Below, in pieces: positions 22,574-33,105 of a stretch of 33,440 nt of DNA; the first letter of the stretch is position 1, and each line of letters opens with the position of its first letter. The position numbers and the translations under genes were made by a program. The DNA comes from Octopus sinensis (Eukaryota). Under the pieces are notes generated by a model that did not search any database, was not told the DNA's origin, and worked only from the letters and a program-made list of their open reading frames with translations. Where the stretch lies: NCBI RefSeq assembly GCF_006345805.1, contig NW_021832036.1, positions 1 to 33,440 on the forward strand, in the 5' to 3' direction.

Positions 22574-23089
22574 TCTATATATATAAAACTGTAGTTGTGT
22601 GAGTGTCTGTCCCCTTCGATTTAGATTCCTAACTACTCCCACATTTTGCGGTGCAGTTTAACCAAATTTGGGTATCTTATAGTCGTGATTCATATCGAGC
22701 CCGTCTGAGTATTAGCGCGCGTCTACGATGAGTCTGCGATTTTAAAAATAATTTAACATCATTTTTTATTCCATAATTTTAATGCATAATTTTTCGTGTG
22801 TCGATGGCGGCTGAGTTGGCGTCCATGGTCACACCTGCACCAGTTTGCTTCTCCCCCTTCTTCCCTCCCTCGTGAAGCTGTGGGGAAGGGAGTGTAAGGA
22901 AATCAACGTCGTAAAGCGTTGTCAAGGAGACCAGCGTTCTTTTAGAACAACGACTTCATGGCTTGAAGACACCAAAACAGAAATGGCTAAGAAAGCCCGA
23001 ATTGGCATCTATAAGGGAAGTAACTCTCTAAAAATGCTTATATAGTTATTTCCCTTACAAACCCGAGCAACGCCGGGCGATACGGCTAG
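22574..23089 (+). mobile_element. Non-autonomous Helitron (long copy)
   Basis: A|TCTATATATATAAAAC start, hairpin CCCGAGCAACGCCGGG, CTAG|T end, no TSD. Confidence 0.85.
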
Positions 23090-23347
23090 TCTTTAATAAT
23101 AATCAATTTACAACTGATTTTTGGATCACTAAAGCAGCATCTTCATCGTCAGCAGTCGCAGTAAGGAAGCAGATATTAATGGCGTGTGTAAATCTAAAGT
23201 CTGGAGAGGAAACAACAGCGAAAATAAATCAAAAAGATGGCCAGCAATTATTAATGTCACGTTTCATGCAAAGAAATGAGGATTCTGACTTCCATTCCTT
23301 TTAGTTCTATTCCATAATGAGCATCGGACGTTAACAAAAATTTGGGT

Positions 23348-23465
23348 GTGGGCGTACACATGGCTGCGCGATTAACCTGCTCGCTTTGCGACTACGTGGT
23401 TCCGAGTTCAGCTCCGCTACGCGGCTCTTTGGGAAGAGTATGCTTTAATATAACCCCGGGCCCTA
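23348..23465 (+). mobile_element. SINE family A, diverged 5' head
   Basis: tggctg..cgtggttccgagttcag..ctttgggaagag resembles the family A head. Confidence 0.55.
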
Positions 23466-23469
23466 ACGC

Positions 23470-23522
<53 letters not shown>

Positions 23523-23526
<4 letters not shown>

Positions 23527-23705
23527 TAATCCAAACAAGAAAACACAGAAAAAAAGAAAAAAACACAGCAACGCAGGACGTGGAACAATTAAAGTATTAT
23601 TGACGCTCAGGAAAGAAGGGAAGGAGGGTTTAACGTTTCGAGCGGAGCTCTTCGTCGGAAACAAGGAGAAGGAAAGATCCCAAGGAGGGAAGACAGAGGA
23701 GAAAA
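23523..23705 (-). mobile_element. PLE-type 3'-end repeat with hammerhead-like motif (23628-23662), abutting (TA)n
   Basis: GTTT-CCGACGA-A-GAGC(TCC)GCTC-GAAAC-GTT-AAAC; homologous to 1-200. Confidence 0.65.
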
Positions 23706-23856
23706 TATTTGAGCTGGTGGTGCTTAAGAGATCACATGTATATATAGTCATTACAGATATAGGGTGAAATCTAATTAATTTAATAAAATCAACAAATTTC
23801 ACCTAGTAGTATTTCGGTATGGAAAAGGACCATGTTCGGTAAAAACTTATATAATT

Positions 23857-23956
23857 ATAATAAGGGTTTTTTGCAAAAAGTTGCTTAACCACATACCGAA
23901 AATTATAAAATTTCCGGTATGTGGTTAAGCAACTTGTTGCAAAAAACCTTATTATT
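23857..23956. repeat. Near-perfect ~100 bp palindrome
   Basis: ataataagggttttttgcaaaaagttgcttaaccacataccgaaaatt / aatttccggtatgtggttaagcaacttgttgcaaaaaaccttattat. Confidence 0.85.
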
Positions 23957-24454
23957 ATATATATATATACGATAGGAGTCCGCGCAGTTCCGTGTATATA
24001 TATATATAATTCAAAGAGGGTTAGAGGTTGTGAATCCAACCAACTAAGGGATAGTATCTATCCAATATACTGTAGAATACCCAATTATTAATACGCAAGT
24101 GTTGGTTATTGCATGGCAATTACACTACTGAGCGTAATAAATGGGCGAGGGTAATAAGTGCTTTTACCCTTAATTTATATAGCAAGAAGAAAATGGAGGG
24201 AATCCAGAGGTAGAATTCATCGGCTGTTAGACATTGTAGTATGTCTATTTATTTAAACCAGTTCTGATTATATATACACATGTGTAAGGTACCCGTAATT
24301 TCTAAAAAGAGAAAGAAGAGCAGTTTCTTACAGCTGTTTCTGACAAGAGGCCATAGTACCCCACGTGTTATTTCCATCTTTTCAGTGTATTGTAGTAATC
24401 TGTAGATAAAATCAGGGTAGTTGGGTGTGCCACTAGGCTTCGTCAAGCAAAGCC

Positions 24455-24670
24455 TAGGGGCATACCCAAGGACAAAACTTGAAATTTGGGGGGAGGGGAC
24501 TAGTTGATTACATCAACTCCGATGTTTCACTGGTAATTAAATTATCGATCCCGAAAGGATGAAAGCAAAGTCAACCTCCGTGGAATTTTGAACTCAGAAC
24601 ATAAAGACGGACGAAATACCACTGAGCATTTTAGCCGGCGTGCTAACGATTCTGCCAGCTCGCCGCATTA
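24455..24670 (-). mobile_element. SINE family B
   Basis: Head rc gctaacgattctgccagctcgccgc ends at ~24667. Confidence 0.85.
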
Positions 24671-24694
24671 ATTAAGGTAATAATATTGTACGAA

Positions 24695-25270
24695 GACGGC
24701 GAGCTAGTAGAGACGTTAGCACGCCGGGCGAAATGCTTAGCGGTATTTCGTCTGCCGTTACGTTCTGAGTTCAAATTCCGCCGAGGTCTACTTTGCCTTT
24801 CATCCTTTCGGGGTCGATAAATTAAGTACCAGTTACGCACTGGGGTCGATATAATCGACTTAATCACTTTGTCTCTCCTCGTTTGTCCCCTCTTTGTTTA
24901 GCCCCTTGTGGGCAATAAAGAAATAAGAAACGTTAGCGCGCCGGGCGAAATGCTCAACGGTATTTCGTCGGTAATTTATTTTTGAATTCAAATTCCACCG
25001 AGGTCGACTTTGCTTTTCATGTCGATAAATTAAGTACCAGTTGCGTACTGGTGTCGATCCTCTCGACTGGCCCCCTCTCCAAAGATTTCGAGCCTTGTGC
25101 CTAGTGTAGAGAAGAATATTATACGTTCTTAGTTCAAATTCCGCCGAGCTCGACTGTGCCTTTCATCCTTTCGGAATCGATAAGTACCAGTTGCGTAATG
25201 GGGTCGATTTAATCGACTTACCCCTTCGCACGAAAATGCTAGCCTTGTGCTAATATTTGAAATCACCATT
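24695..25270 (+). mobile_element. SINE family B tandem array
   Basis: Head gacggcgagctagtagagacgttagcacgccgggcg, then three B-box units. Confidence 0.85.
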
Positions 25271-25554
25271 GTAGGAACGCTTAAGATTGAAGTGAATGCA
25301 GCAAGCTGCGAAAAACAGATTAAACGTTGTCTTTTATGCTCGCATAGTTTCGCATCAATCTTAGGTCAAGCAAAACGCTAATATTCCGAATGTAGCTAAT
25401 ATCGGCAATGTACAAAATCATAGAATTAAGATTTTGCAATAAACTGAAGAACGGCAATACATTTATATTCCAAACTGATTCTATGCATGGATGTAAGTAT
25501 GTAGGTTGCTCTCCATTTATGAGCAAATAAATTTGAACGAGAATGTGTGCATAT

Positions 25555-25741
25555 AGGCGTAGGAGTGGCTGTGTCGTAAGTAGCTTGCTTACCAACCACA
25601 TGGTGCCGGGTTTAGTTCCACTGCGTGGCGCCTTGGCCAAGTGTCTTCTACTATAGCCTCGGGCCGACCAAAGCCTTGTGAGTGGATTTGATAGACGGAA
25701 AGTGAAAGAAGCCCGTCGTATATATGTATATTTGTGTGTGT

Positions 25742-25778
<37 letters not shown>

Positions 25779-25975
25779 AGTGTGTGTCTGTGTTTGTCCT
25801 CCCAGCATCGCTTGACAACCGATGCTGGTATGTTTGGCTCCCCGTAACTTATCGGTTGGGCAAAATATATCGATAGAATAAGTACTGGGCTTACAAAGAA
25901 TAAATCCTGGGGTCGATTTGCTCGACTAAAGGCGGTGCTCCAGCATGGCCGCAGTCAAATGACTGAAGCAAGAAC
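25555..25975 (+). mobile_element. SINE family A, full length
   Basis: aggcgtaggagtggctgtg...ggccgcagtcaaatgactgaagcaag. Confidence 0.92.
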
Positions 25976-26019
25976 AGACACACTTACATATATATATATA
26001 TATATATATATATACAAAT

Positions 26020-26181
26020 ATATACGACGAGCTTCTTTCGGTTTCCGTCTACCAAATCCATTCACAAGGCGTTGGTCTCCTATAGTAGAAGACACTTGCT
26101 CAAAGTGCCACGCAGTGGGACTGAACCCGGATATCATGTGGTTGGTAAGCAAACACTTACCACACAGCCTCTCCTACGCCT
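26020..26181 (-). mobile_element. SINE family A, 5' half with a small deletion
   Basis: Inverted relative to 25555-25715. Confidence 0.85.
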
Positions 26182-26193
26182 ATATGTATATGA

Positions 26194-26227
<34 letters not shown>

Positions 26228-26346
26228 TGCTTAACAAGTGAGGATGCAAATATATATTGTATGCAGATGTTAGCTACATACAGTAGAGTAACCTGAGCCC
26301 GCTCGAACGTTCTCGAGGGGGGCCACGTAAATTCAGCGTTAGGCAT

Positions 26347-26349
26347 TTA

Positions 26350-26401
<52 letters not shown>

Positions 26402-26450
26402 ATTATTATTATTATTATTATTATCATCATTATTATTATCATTATTATTT
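26347..26450. repeat. (TTA)n microsatellite
   Basis: Seen directly. Confidence 0.92.
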
Positions 26451-26824
26451 CTGCATTTTGTTTTACTAAAGATGGACGGGTATTTTTTTTTCTTGTTTCA
26501 AGATTGCAATAAGAAATATCAGCTTCATTGGTTATCGCTCTAGCTATGTGTTTCCTGTAATGGCTGATGTGTTTCAATGAAAAATTCCATCCATGCTTGT
26601 GTAGACAACTCGCGTTTAGCGATGGAAGGAAATACTGGTTGCGTAAATTATATATATATCACGCGCGCGCGTGTGAGTCAGTGAGTGAGTGAACGTGTGC
26701 GTGTGTGTATGTATACAGACACATATATAAGCGTGTATATATATATACACAGACATGACAGAAGTAAACAGACACCCCATGAAACAACGTTTTCTGTTTA
26801 TTCTAATTTCTATAAGGCTTATAT

Positions 26825-27274
26825 ATTTGTTGTGCAAGATTTTTTATGTGAAGTCGTGTGTTGAAACAGACATTGTTGTATTTCGGAATGGTCATTTTGC
26901 CAGTTTAGCCAATAAAAACACACGCACTATACATTTGGTGTTACTTTGCTTCAGTGTTATCTATTTTTTACATTAATCTTAATCTTATTTCGGCCAGAGT
27001 TCTTTCGTCACACTCCTGTGACCGCATCAGTGGTCCTTTGCTTTACAATAGAAATACAAAATGGCCGACGGTTAGTAAGGAGAGACACACAAATAAGAAA
27101 GAAGAAAGCAAAGGACCACTGATGCGGTCACAGGAGTGTGACGAAAGACTCAGGCGAAATTAAGATTAAGATTAATGTAAAAAAAAATAACACTGAAGCA
27201 AAGTAACACCAAATATATAGTGCGTGTGTTTTTATTGGCTAAACTAGCAAAATGACCATTCCGAAATACAACAA
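26825..27274. mobile_element. PLE-like insertion: ~170 bp head-to-head inverted arms with hammerhead-like motifs; 14-bp TSD
   Basis: Arms 26872-27044 and 27105-27275; TATAAGGCTTATAT at 26811-26824 and 27275-27288; motif CCA-CTGATGC-G-GTCAC(AGGAGT)GTGAC-GAAAG..CTC. Confidence 0.75.
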
Positions 27275-27354
27275 TATAAGGCTTATATTTTTTATTAATT
27301 AACATTTTTACGTTTCAGGTTCTATATGTGGCCGTTTAATCCTGCCATGTACAA

Positions 27355-27636
27355 TAGAAGCCTTGGGACTGTCTGAATTTCAAAGATGCCGTATTCATTC
27401 TGAGGGTGGACGTAGTCAGTATAAAATCGCAGAAGACATTGGGGACCTCGCTTTCTACAGTTAATAGAGTGATTGTGCAATTCACCAGAGAGGGGAAGGA
27501 ATCCACATCACCTCGCCCAGATCAACCAGGGCCCTCTAGCAGGACCCTTCTCTTTGCTAAGGGAAGTGTGGAGAATATTACTCGTTGCAAGGCCTCTGAC
27601 ACAGCAGAACAAGTTAATGCCGAGAGCCCAAGATGA
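27355..27636 (+). pseudogene. Tc1-like transposase N-terminal (paired-like HTH) fragment
   Basis: [26 protein letters not shown] (frameshift) [33 protein letters not shown] resembles the Tc1 LSxFERGRI..S.R.IA...STVxRVI..GRP pattern. Confidence 0.7.
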
Positions 27637-27779
27637 ACCTACGTCATGGCAAGAGGTGCAAATGAGGGTAGGGACATCGAATTCCTTTGTTCACCAAATG
27701 ACACATATTAGGGGACGCTCTCAGTAATAACGGTGTAGTAAAACGACGGTGCCCCAACATGACCTGAAACTAACAGAAT

Positions 27780-27794
27780 ATATAAGTAAATAAT

Positions 27795-27833
<39 letters not shown>

Positions 27834-27897
27834 CAGTATATATGCACGCGTGTGTGAGAGTGTGTATGCGTGCAGATGTGTATTTATGCACACCTGT

Positions 27898-27941
<44 letters not shown>

Positions 27942-28041
27942 TTATTTATATATTTTTATATATATATATATATATTATATAATATATATATATATATACA
28001 TATATAAATATAAATATATATATAGATAAATATATATATAT

Positions 28042-28104
<63 letters not shown>

Positions 28105-28115
28105 AATATATGTAT

Positions 28116-28166
<51 letters not shown>

Positions 28167-28175
28167 TATACATAT
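27780..28175. repeat. Long (TA)n microsatellite
   Basis: Seen directly. Confidence 0.92.
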
Positions 28176-28180
28176 ATGCT

Positions 28181-28552
28181 TCAAGTTCATCCAGACTGGG
28201 ACCTCGGGCCATACGTCCCCTGCCCAATTCAAGATCACAGCATACTTGTACACTGCAACATAATTTCTTTTCCTCAACAGGCCCTGCCCTATTTAACATT
28301 GTCCCGAAAGATATCAAAGAGGAAAAGGAGCCCATCAACTTTAAACGGAGTGTGGAAAGATTCCTTCAAGGAATACCAGATAAGCCACCCATAATTGGAT
28401 TCAACTCACCCAACAAAAACTCACTACTTGAATGGACCATAAACAAAACTTGACTTAAACAGGATTCGAATAATCCTATCAGGTGGTGCTATTAAGTTAG
28501 ACATGGCCTGGACCAATCTTTGGTCGAAACATATCTAAGTTTATCTAAGTAG

Positions 28553-28553
<1 letters not shown>
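28181..28553 (+). mobile_element. 5'-truncated CR1/L2-group LINE 3' end (C-terminal ORF2 domain plus 3' UTR)
   Basis: Open frame 28181-28453: ..[64 protein letters not shown], matching the (W/F)NxLP....FK..LD.FL motif; then hairpins and a short (TATCTAAG) tandem tail. Not in the ORF track. Confidence 0.7.
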
Positions 28554-28584
<31 letters not shown>

Positions 28585-28645
28585 TTCATATATGTATATA
28601 CATATATATTTATATATATATATATATATGTATAATGTATGTATT

Positions 28646-28686
<41 letters not shown>

Positions 28687-29176
28687 ATAAGTTATATATG
28701 TGCTTATGTTTGCATACATATATATTACACACATATATATACTCACACATACTCACATATAGATACACACACACACACGTATGTATGTGTGTGCGTCTGT
28801 GTATGCATATGTGTGTGTATACGTGCGTGCGTGCGTGCGTGTGTGTGTAAAACAGTCAAGTGTCTGTTTGGGTAGTGGTGTTCCTATTGATTTTCTTTGG
28901 TAGGATTTTTTTTCTCTCTCTCTCTCTCTCTCTCTTCCCCTTTCCTAACGACGTCTCACAGATGACTGCTTAATACATTTGCAATTCCCGAACGAAGCCA
29001 TGCAGAACGTAATAATAATTGTTTACTTGATAAATTAGAATATAAAATCACAAATAAATAAATGTTTATCTATGCATGAGTAAGTATGTAGGTACTACAT
29101 ACCTACACACACGTACACACACACACACACAATACAATACAATACATACATGTATATTCATGGACAAATACATATA

Positions 29177-29232
<56 letters not shown>

Positions 29233-29289
29233 AATGCATGTATGTATGTATATTATGCATACATGCATTTACATGTATATAGTGTGATA

Positions 29290-29307
29290 ATTGTGTTTTT
29301 CATTACG

Positions 29308-29373
<66 letters not shown>

Positions 29374-29522
29374 CAGTATATGTTTCTCTGTACTTTTTAT
29401 ATGTAATTATATTTGTATGTATGTATGTATGTATGTATATAAATATATATATATATATTTATATATATTATATTCATATAAATATATATGCATATCTATA
29501 TATATATATATATATACTCATA

Positions 29523-29561
<39 letters not shown>

Positions 29562-29700
29562 TCATATAGATATACACATATATATGCATATCTTTACGTG
29601 TTGATATATATATATATGTATATACATACATACATGCATATATACGCACACAAATAAACACACACATATGTGTGTTTGTGTGTGTGTGTGTTTGTGTAGA
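29290..29700. repeat. (TG)n/(TA)n compound microsatellite
   Basis: Seen directly. Confidence 0.9.
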
Positions 29701-29971
29701 AGTAGATATCACACTAAGCTTCTCATAAATCAGAGAAAAGCCGTTATTTATTTTATAGATGTCTTTAAAATCTTTCATGAGTAAATACCAAGCGAATAAC
29801 AAATCTTTGGAAATATATCTTTGTAGGCAGATGCTGGTCAATATTTACTTCTTGTAACATTTCAAATAAAACTTATTTTTCCTCCTAGATGTCTGTAATG
29901 CTGTCTAATTCATGATATCCCTCCAATGTCTCAGTTGCGAAACCCATAAGCAGTATACTTCAAATTAGAAG

Positions 29972-30216
29972 GGAGGCGCGTGTGGCTTAGTGGTTAGGGT
30001 TCTCAGCACAATGAGCGTAAGATTGTGGTTTCAATTCCTGGACCGGGCGACGCGTTGTGTTCTTGAGCAAAATACTTTATTTCACGTTGCTGCTCCAGTC
30101 CACTCACCTGGCAAAAATGAGTAACGCTGCGATGGACTGGCGTCTCGACCAGCTGGGGAACACATACGACATTGAAACCATGAAACCGGGCCCATGAGCC
30201 TGGCTAGGCTTTAAAA
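29972..30216 (+). mobile_element. SINE family C, full length (tRNA-derived)
   Basis: A-box TGGCTTAGTGG, B-box GGTTTCAATTCC, 3' end gagcctggctaggctttaaaa. Confidence 0.85.
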
Positions 30217-30356
30217 TTTGTGAGAATGTAATTGTTATCCCTTTTTCAAGATCCTTGATGTGGAAGAGAGTACCGAAAGAGATGTTATTGTATACTGGGA
30301 ACGTCAAGTAACACAACAACAGCTTTTATTTCACACATCTTGTATTATCATTAGTC

Positions 30357-30640
30357 AAGCCTAACCAGCCTCATGGGCCCGGTTTTCCGGTTTCTGTGGC
30401 GTATGTGTTCCCCCCAGCTGGACGGGACGCACGTCCATCGCAGCGTTCCTCAAGAAACAAGAAGAGAGAAAGTTGTGGCGAAAGAGTACAACAGGGGCTG
30501 CCACCACCCCTTGCTGGAGCTTTGTGGAGCTTTTAGGTGTTTTCACTCAATAAACACACACAACGCCCGGTCTGGGAATCGAAACCGCGGTCCTCTGACC
30601 GCGAGTCCGCTGCCCTAACCACTGGGCCATTGCGCCTCCA
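30357..30640 (-). mobile_element. SINE family C'
   Basis: Minus strand has A-box TGGCCCAGTGG and B-box GGTTTCGATTCC; 3' region shared with family C. Confidence 0.85.
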
Positions 30641-30949
30641 CATCATTAGCCAAGTAATGAACTAATTAACCAATTAACTAATTAAGTGTTTTGATGATAA
30701 TTTTTATCAATTTAAAGATCAGTTGCTTTGTAAGAATTCTTTTGTTGCCATTTGTGGCCTCGTCTATCGTTTGCCCTCGTATCAAGATGTAGCAAAATTA
30801 AGTAATTTGGAGCAACGAGGGCACTCCATTGACGAGGTCAACAAGTGCGGTGGACGGATTCTTACCAACCAATCGATTGATAGATTGATTGATTGAGCAA
30901 ACGTTTAGTCAAGCAATCGATGGCTTAATTGGCTACTTAATAAATAAAT

Positions 30950-30987
30950 GTAATAATAACAACACCAACAACAACAACAACAACAAC

Positions 30988-31073
<86 letters not shown>

Positions 31074-31102
31074 TAATATCAATAATAATAATAATAATAA
31101 TC

Positions 31103-31140
<38 letters not shown>
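30950..31140 (+). repeat. (AAC)n/(AAT)n microsatellite
   Basis: Seen directly; source of the poly-N/poly-I ORFs. Confidence 0.95.
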
Positions 31141-31141
<1 letters not shown>

Positions 31142-31862
31142 GTGAATTTTGTCCTTTTGACCAATTTTGTTGCTTTCGGTGGAAGGACACAAACATTGTC
31201 TGGTTGAAAATGATTTTTTTTTGTTTCAGAATTTAAATCCGGAAGAAATTATTTTAGTTGACATGGATGTAATCTTCTCTCCGAAAATGAAGAGTTAAGA
31301 AATGAGTGTCATCCGTTTTCTGTAATCTGCACTTGCGGTAGTTCTAGTTATGCCAGATTTTTCTCCCTTATAAAAGAATAAGTTTTATGCAAACGTAGGC
31401 CTACTCACTTCATGGCAGACAGAGAGATCATAAATTATCTTATTCTTCTGGAGCAATTTGCGGATTTGGATTACAGACTGTATTGTACCTGCTTTACAAA
31501 GAATTGCAATTTAATATTTAATAACCACATTCGGATGGGGTTTCTCTTTCTTTGAAGGCATCTAAATTGTAACCAAAGATATTTACGCATATTTTTTTAT
31601 TTTTCATTGAAACATGTAAAGAATCTTCTTAAAAGAATTTTTATTTCAAAGGAACCGAAAAGTACGCTTCTTGACATTTTAAAAACTGCTTTTTTCCAAC
31701 AGTTATCTTAAAGAACAATTTCATCGTTTGATTCTTTTTTAACTAGTTTCTATTTTCCGTTCGTACAACAGTAACATATTCTGTTTTACCTGTAACCCTT
31801 TAACGAGAAAAAGCTGACACTTTTGAAAAATTTCCAGAGTTTTGTTTATTTTTGTCTATATA

Positions 31863-32262
31863 GGCGTAGGAGTGGCTGTGTGGTAAGTAGCTTGCTTACC
31901 AACCACATGGTTCCGGGTTCAGTCCCACTGCGTGGCACCTTGGGCAAGTGTCTTCAGTTATAGCCTCGGGCCGACCAAAGCCTTGTGAGTGGATTTGGTT
32001 GACGGAAACTGAAAGAAGCCCGTCGTATATATGTATATATATATATGTATGTGTATATGTTTGTGTGTCTGTGTTTGTCCCCCCAACATCGCTTGACAAC
32101 CGATGCTGGTGTGTTTACGTCCCCGTAACTTAGCGGTTCGGCAAAAGGGACCGATAGAATAAGTACCAGGCTTACAAAGAATAAGTCCTGGGGTCGATTT
32201 GCTCGACTAAAAAGGTGGTGCTTCAGCATGGCCACAGTCAAATGACTGGAACAAGTAAAAGA
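31863..32262 (+). mobile_element. SINE family A, full length
   Basis: aggcgtaggagtggctgtgtggtaag ... gtcaaatgactggaacaagtaaaagag. Confidence 0.93.
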
Positions 32263-32270
32263 GATATGCA

Positions 32271-32304
<34 letters not shown>

Positions 32305-32306
<2 letters not shown>

Positions 32307-32543
32307 GGGATGGCCAAAAGTCACCTGGCAGTAGATCAAAATCCATTTAATTCCAAGATTAATTTATGTTTAACACCTGAGTAAATTTAATAGAAGCATC
32401 TGAATACGAAACATTATGCAAATTCTTTTGTTCAAACTGGAGTCCTTGTTGAGCGACGCATTTTTCCATTCGAGTCAATACAGAATTATAGATAGCCTGT
32501 ATGGAATTCTTATTTACTGTCGAGTGACTCCTGGCCAACTCTG
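32305..32543. mobile_element. Tc1/mariner-type MITE, homologue of 14940-15168 in reverse orientation
   Basis: TIRs CAGGGATGGCCAAAAGTCAC.. / ..GTGACTCCTGGCCAACTCTG followed by TA. Confidence 0.8.
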
Positions 32544-32569
32544 TATATAGGTCACTTCAGTACTGCAAC

Positions 32570-32745
32570 TACACATGTGCTGTTAGCGATTTCTTTTCCT
32601 TCTTTGGAGGTTTTCCCCTCCTCCTTTCCAACGATGAGCTATGCTCGAAACGTCGAAAACTCTCTCCTTCCACCGACTGTCAAACTAATATATTTCTTGT
32701 GCATGGTCTCTTGTCAGTTTGAATTGATTATTTGAACTGACTATA
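32570..32745 (+). mobile_element. Diverged PLE-type 3'-end repeat with decayed hammerhead-like motif (32625-32658)
   Basis: TTT-CCAACGA-T-GAGC(TAT)GCTC-GAAAC-GTC-GAAA; ends at tatata. Confidence 0.45.
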
Positions 32746-32888
32746 TATGGGCATATGTGTGTGTGTGTGTGTGTGTGTGTGTATACGTCTTTGTTTTTGT
32801 TTTTAACCATTGCTTAACAATTTTCTTTTATCCAAAGCCAGGAACTTTTTAGTACCACCTCGTATATAAATATGTATGTATGTGCGTA

Positions 32889-33105
32889 CGAGGGGTTACT
32901 GAAAAATTTTTAGCTTTAAGGGTGTCACAAAAGGCCTAGCTGGAGGCCCAACCTTCTGAATTCTTTTACAGGGGTTAGAAAAACTGAAGGACATCTGCAG
33001 TAAGTGTGTGAATCTGAGAGGGGGATATGTTGAATAAAATCATAATTAACAGATCCTCCTGTATTTTCTTTAACCCAAAGCCAGGAACTTTTCAGGATAC
33101 CCTCG
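32889..33105 (+). mobile_element. mariner deletion derivative retaining the transposase C-terminus
   Basis: TA|CGAGGGGTTACTGAAAAATT ... GAACTTTTCAGGATACCCTCG|TA. GLEKLKDICSKCVNLRGGYVE* matches the mariner C-terminus. A duplicate right end lies at ~32820-32862. Confidence 0.8.

Noticed and set aside
28500-28535. Hairpin followed by GAAAC resembling a hammerhead
   Set aside because: No CUGANGA-like core upstream and no stem I; read as a LINE 3' UTR stem-loop.
31230-31298. Plus-strand acceptor (ttttgtttcag) followed by NLNPEEIILVDMDVIFSPKMKS*
   Set aside because: Short, unrecognised and without upstream exons.
31409-31488. Possible minus-strand exon (GTIQSVIQIRKLLQKNKIIYDLSVCHE) ending at a GTGAGT donor
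   Set aside because: Weak acceptor, no recognisable homology and no partner exon; cannot be supported without RNA-seq.
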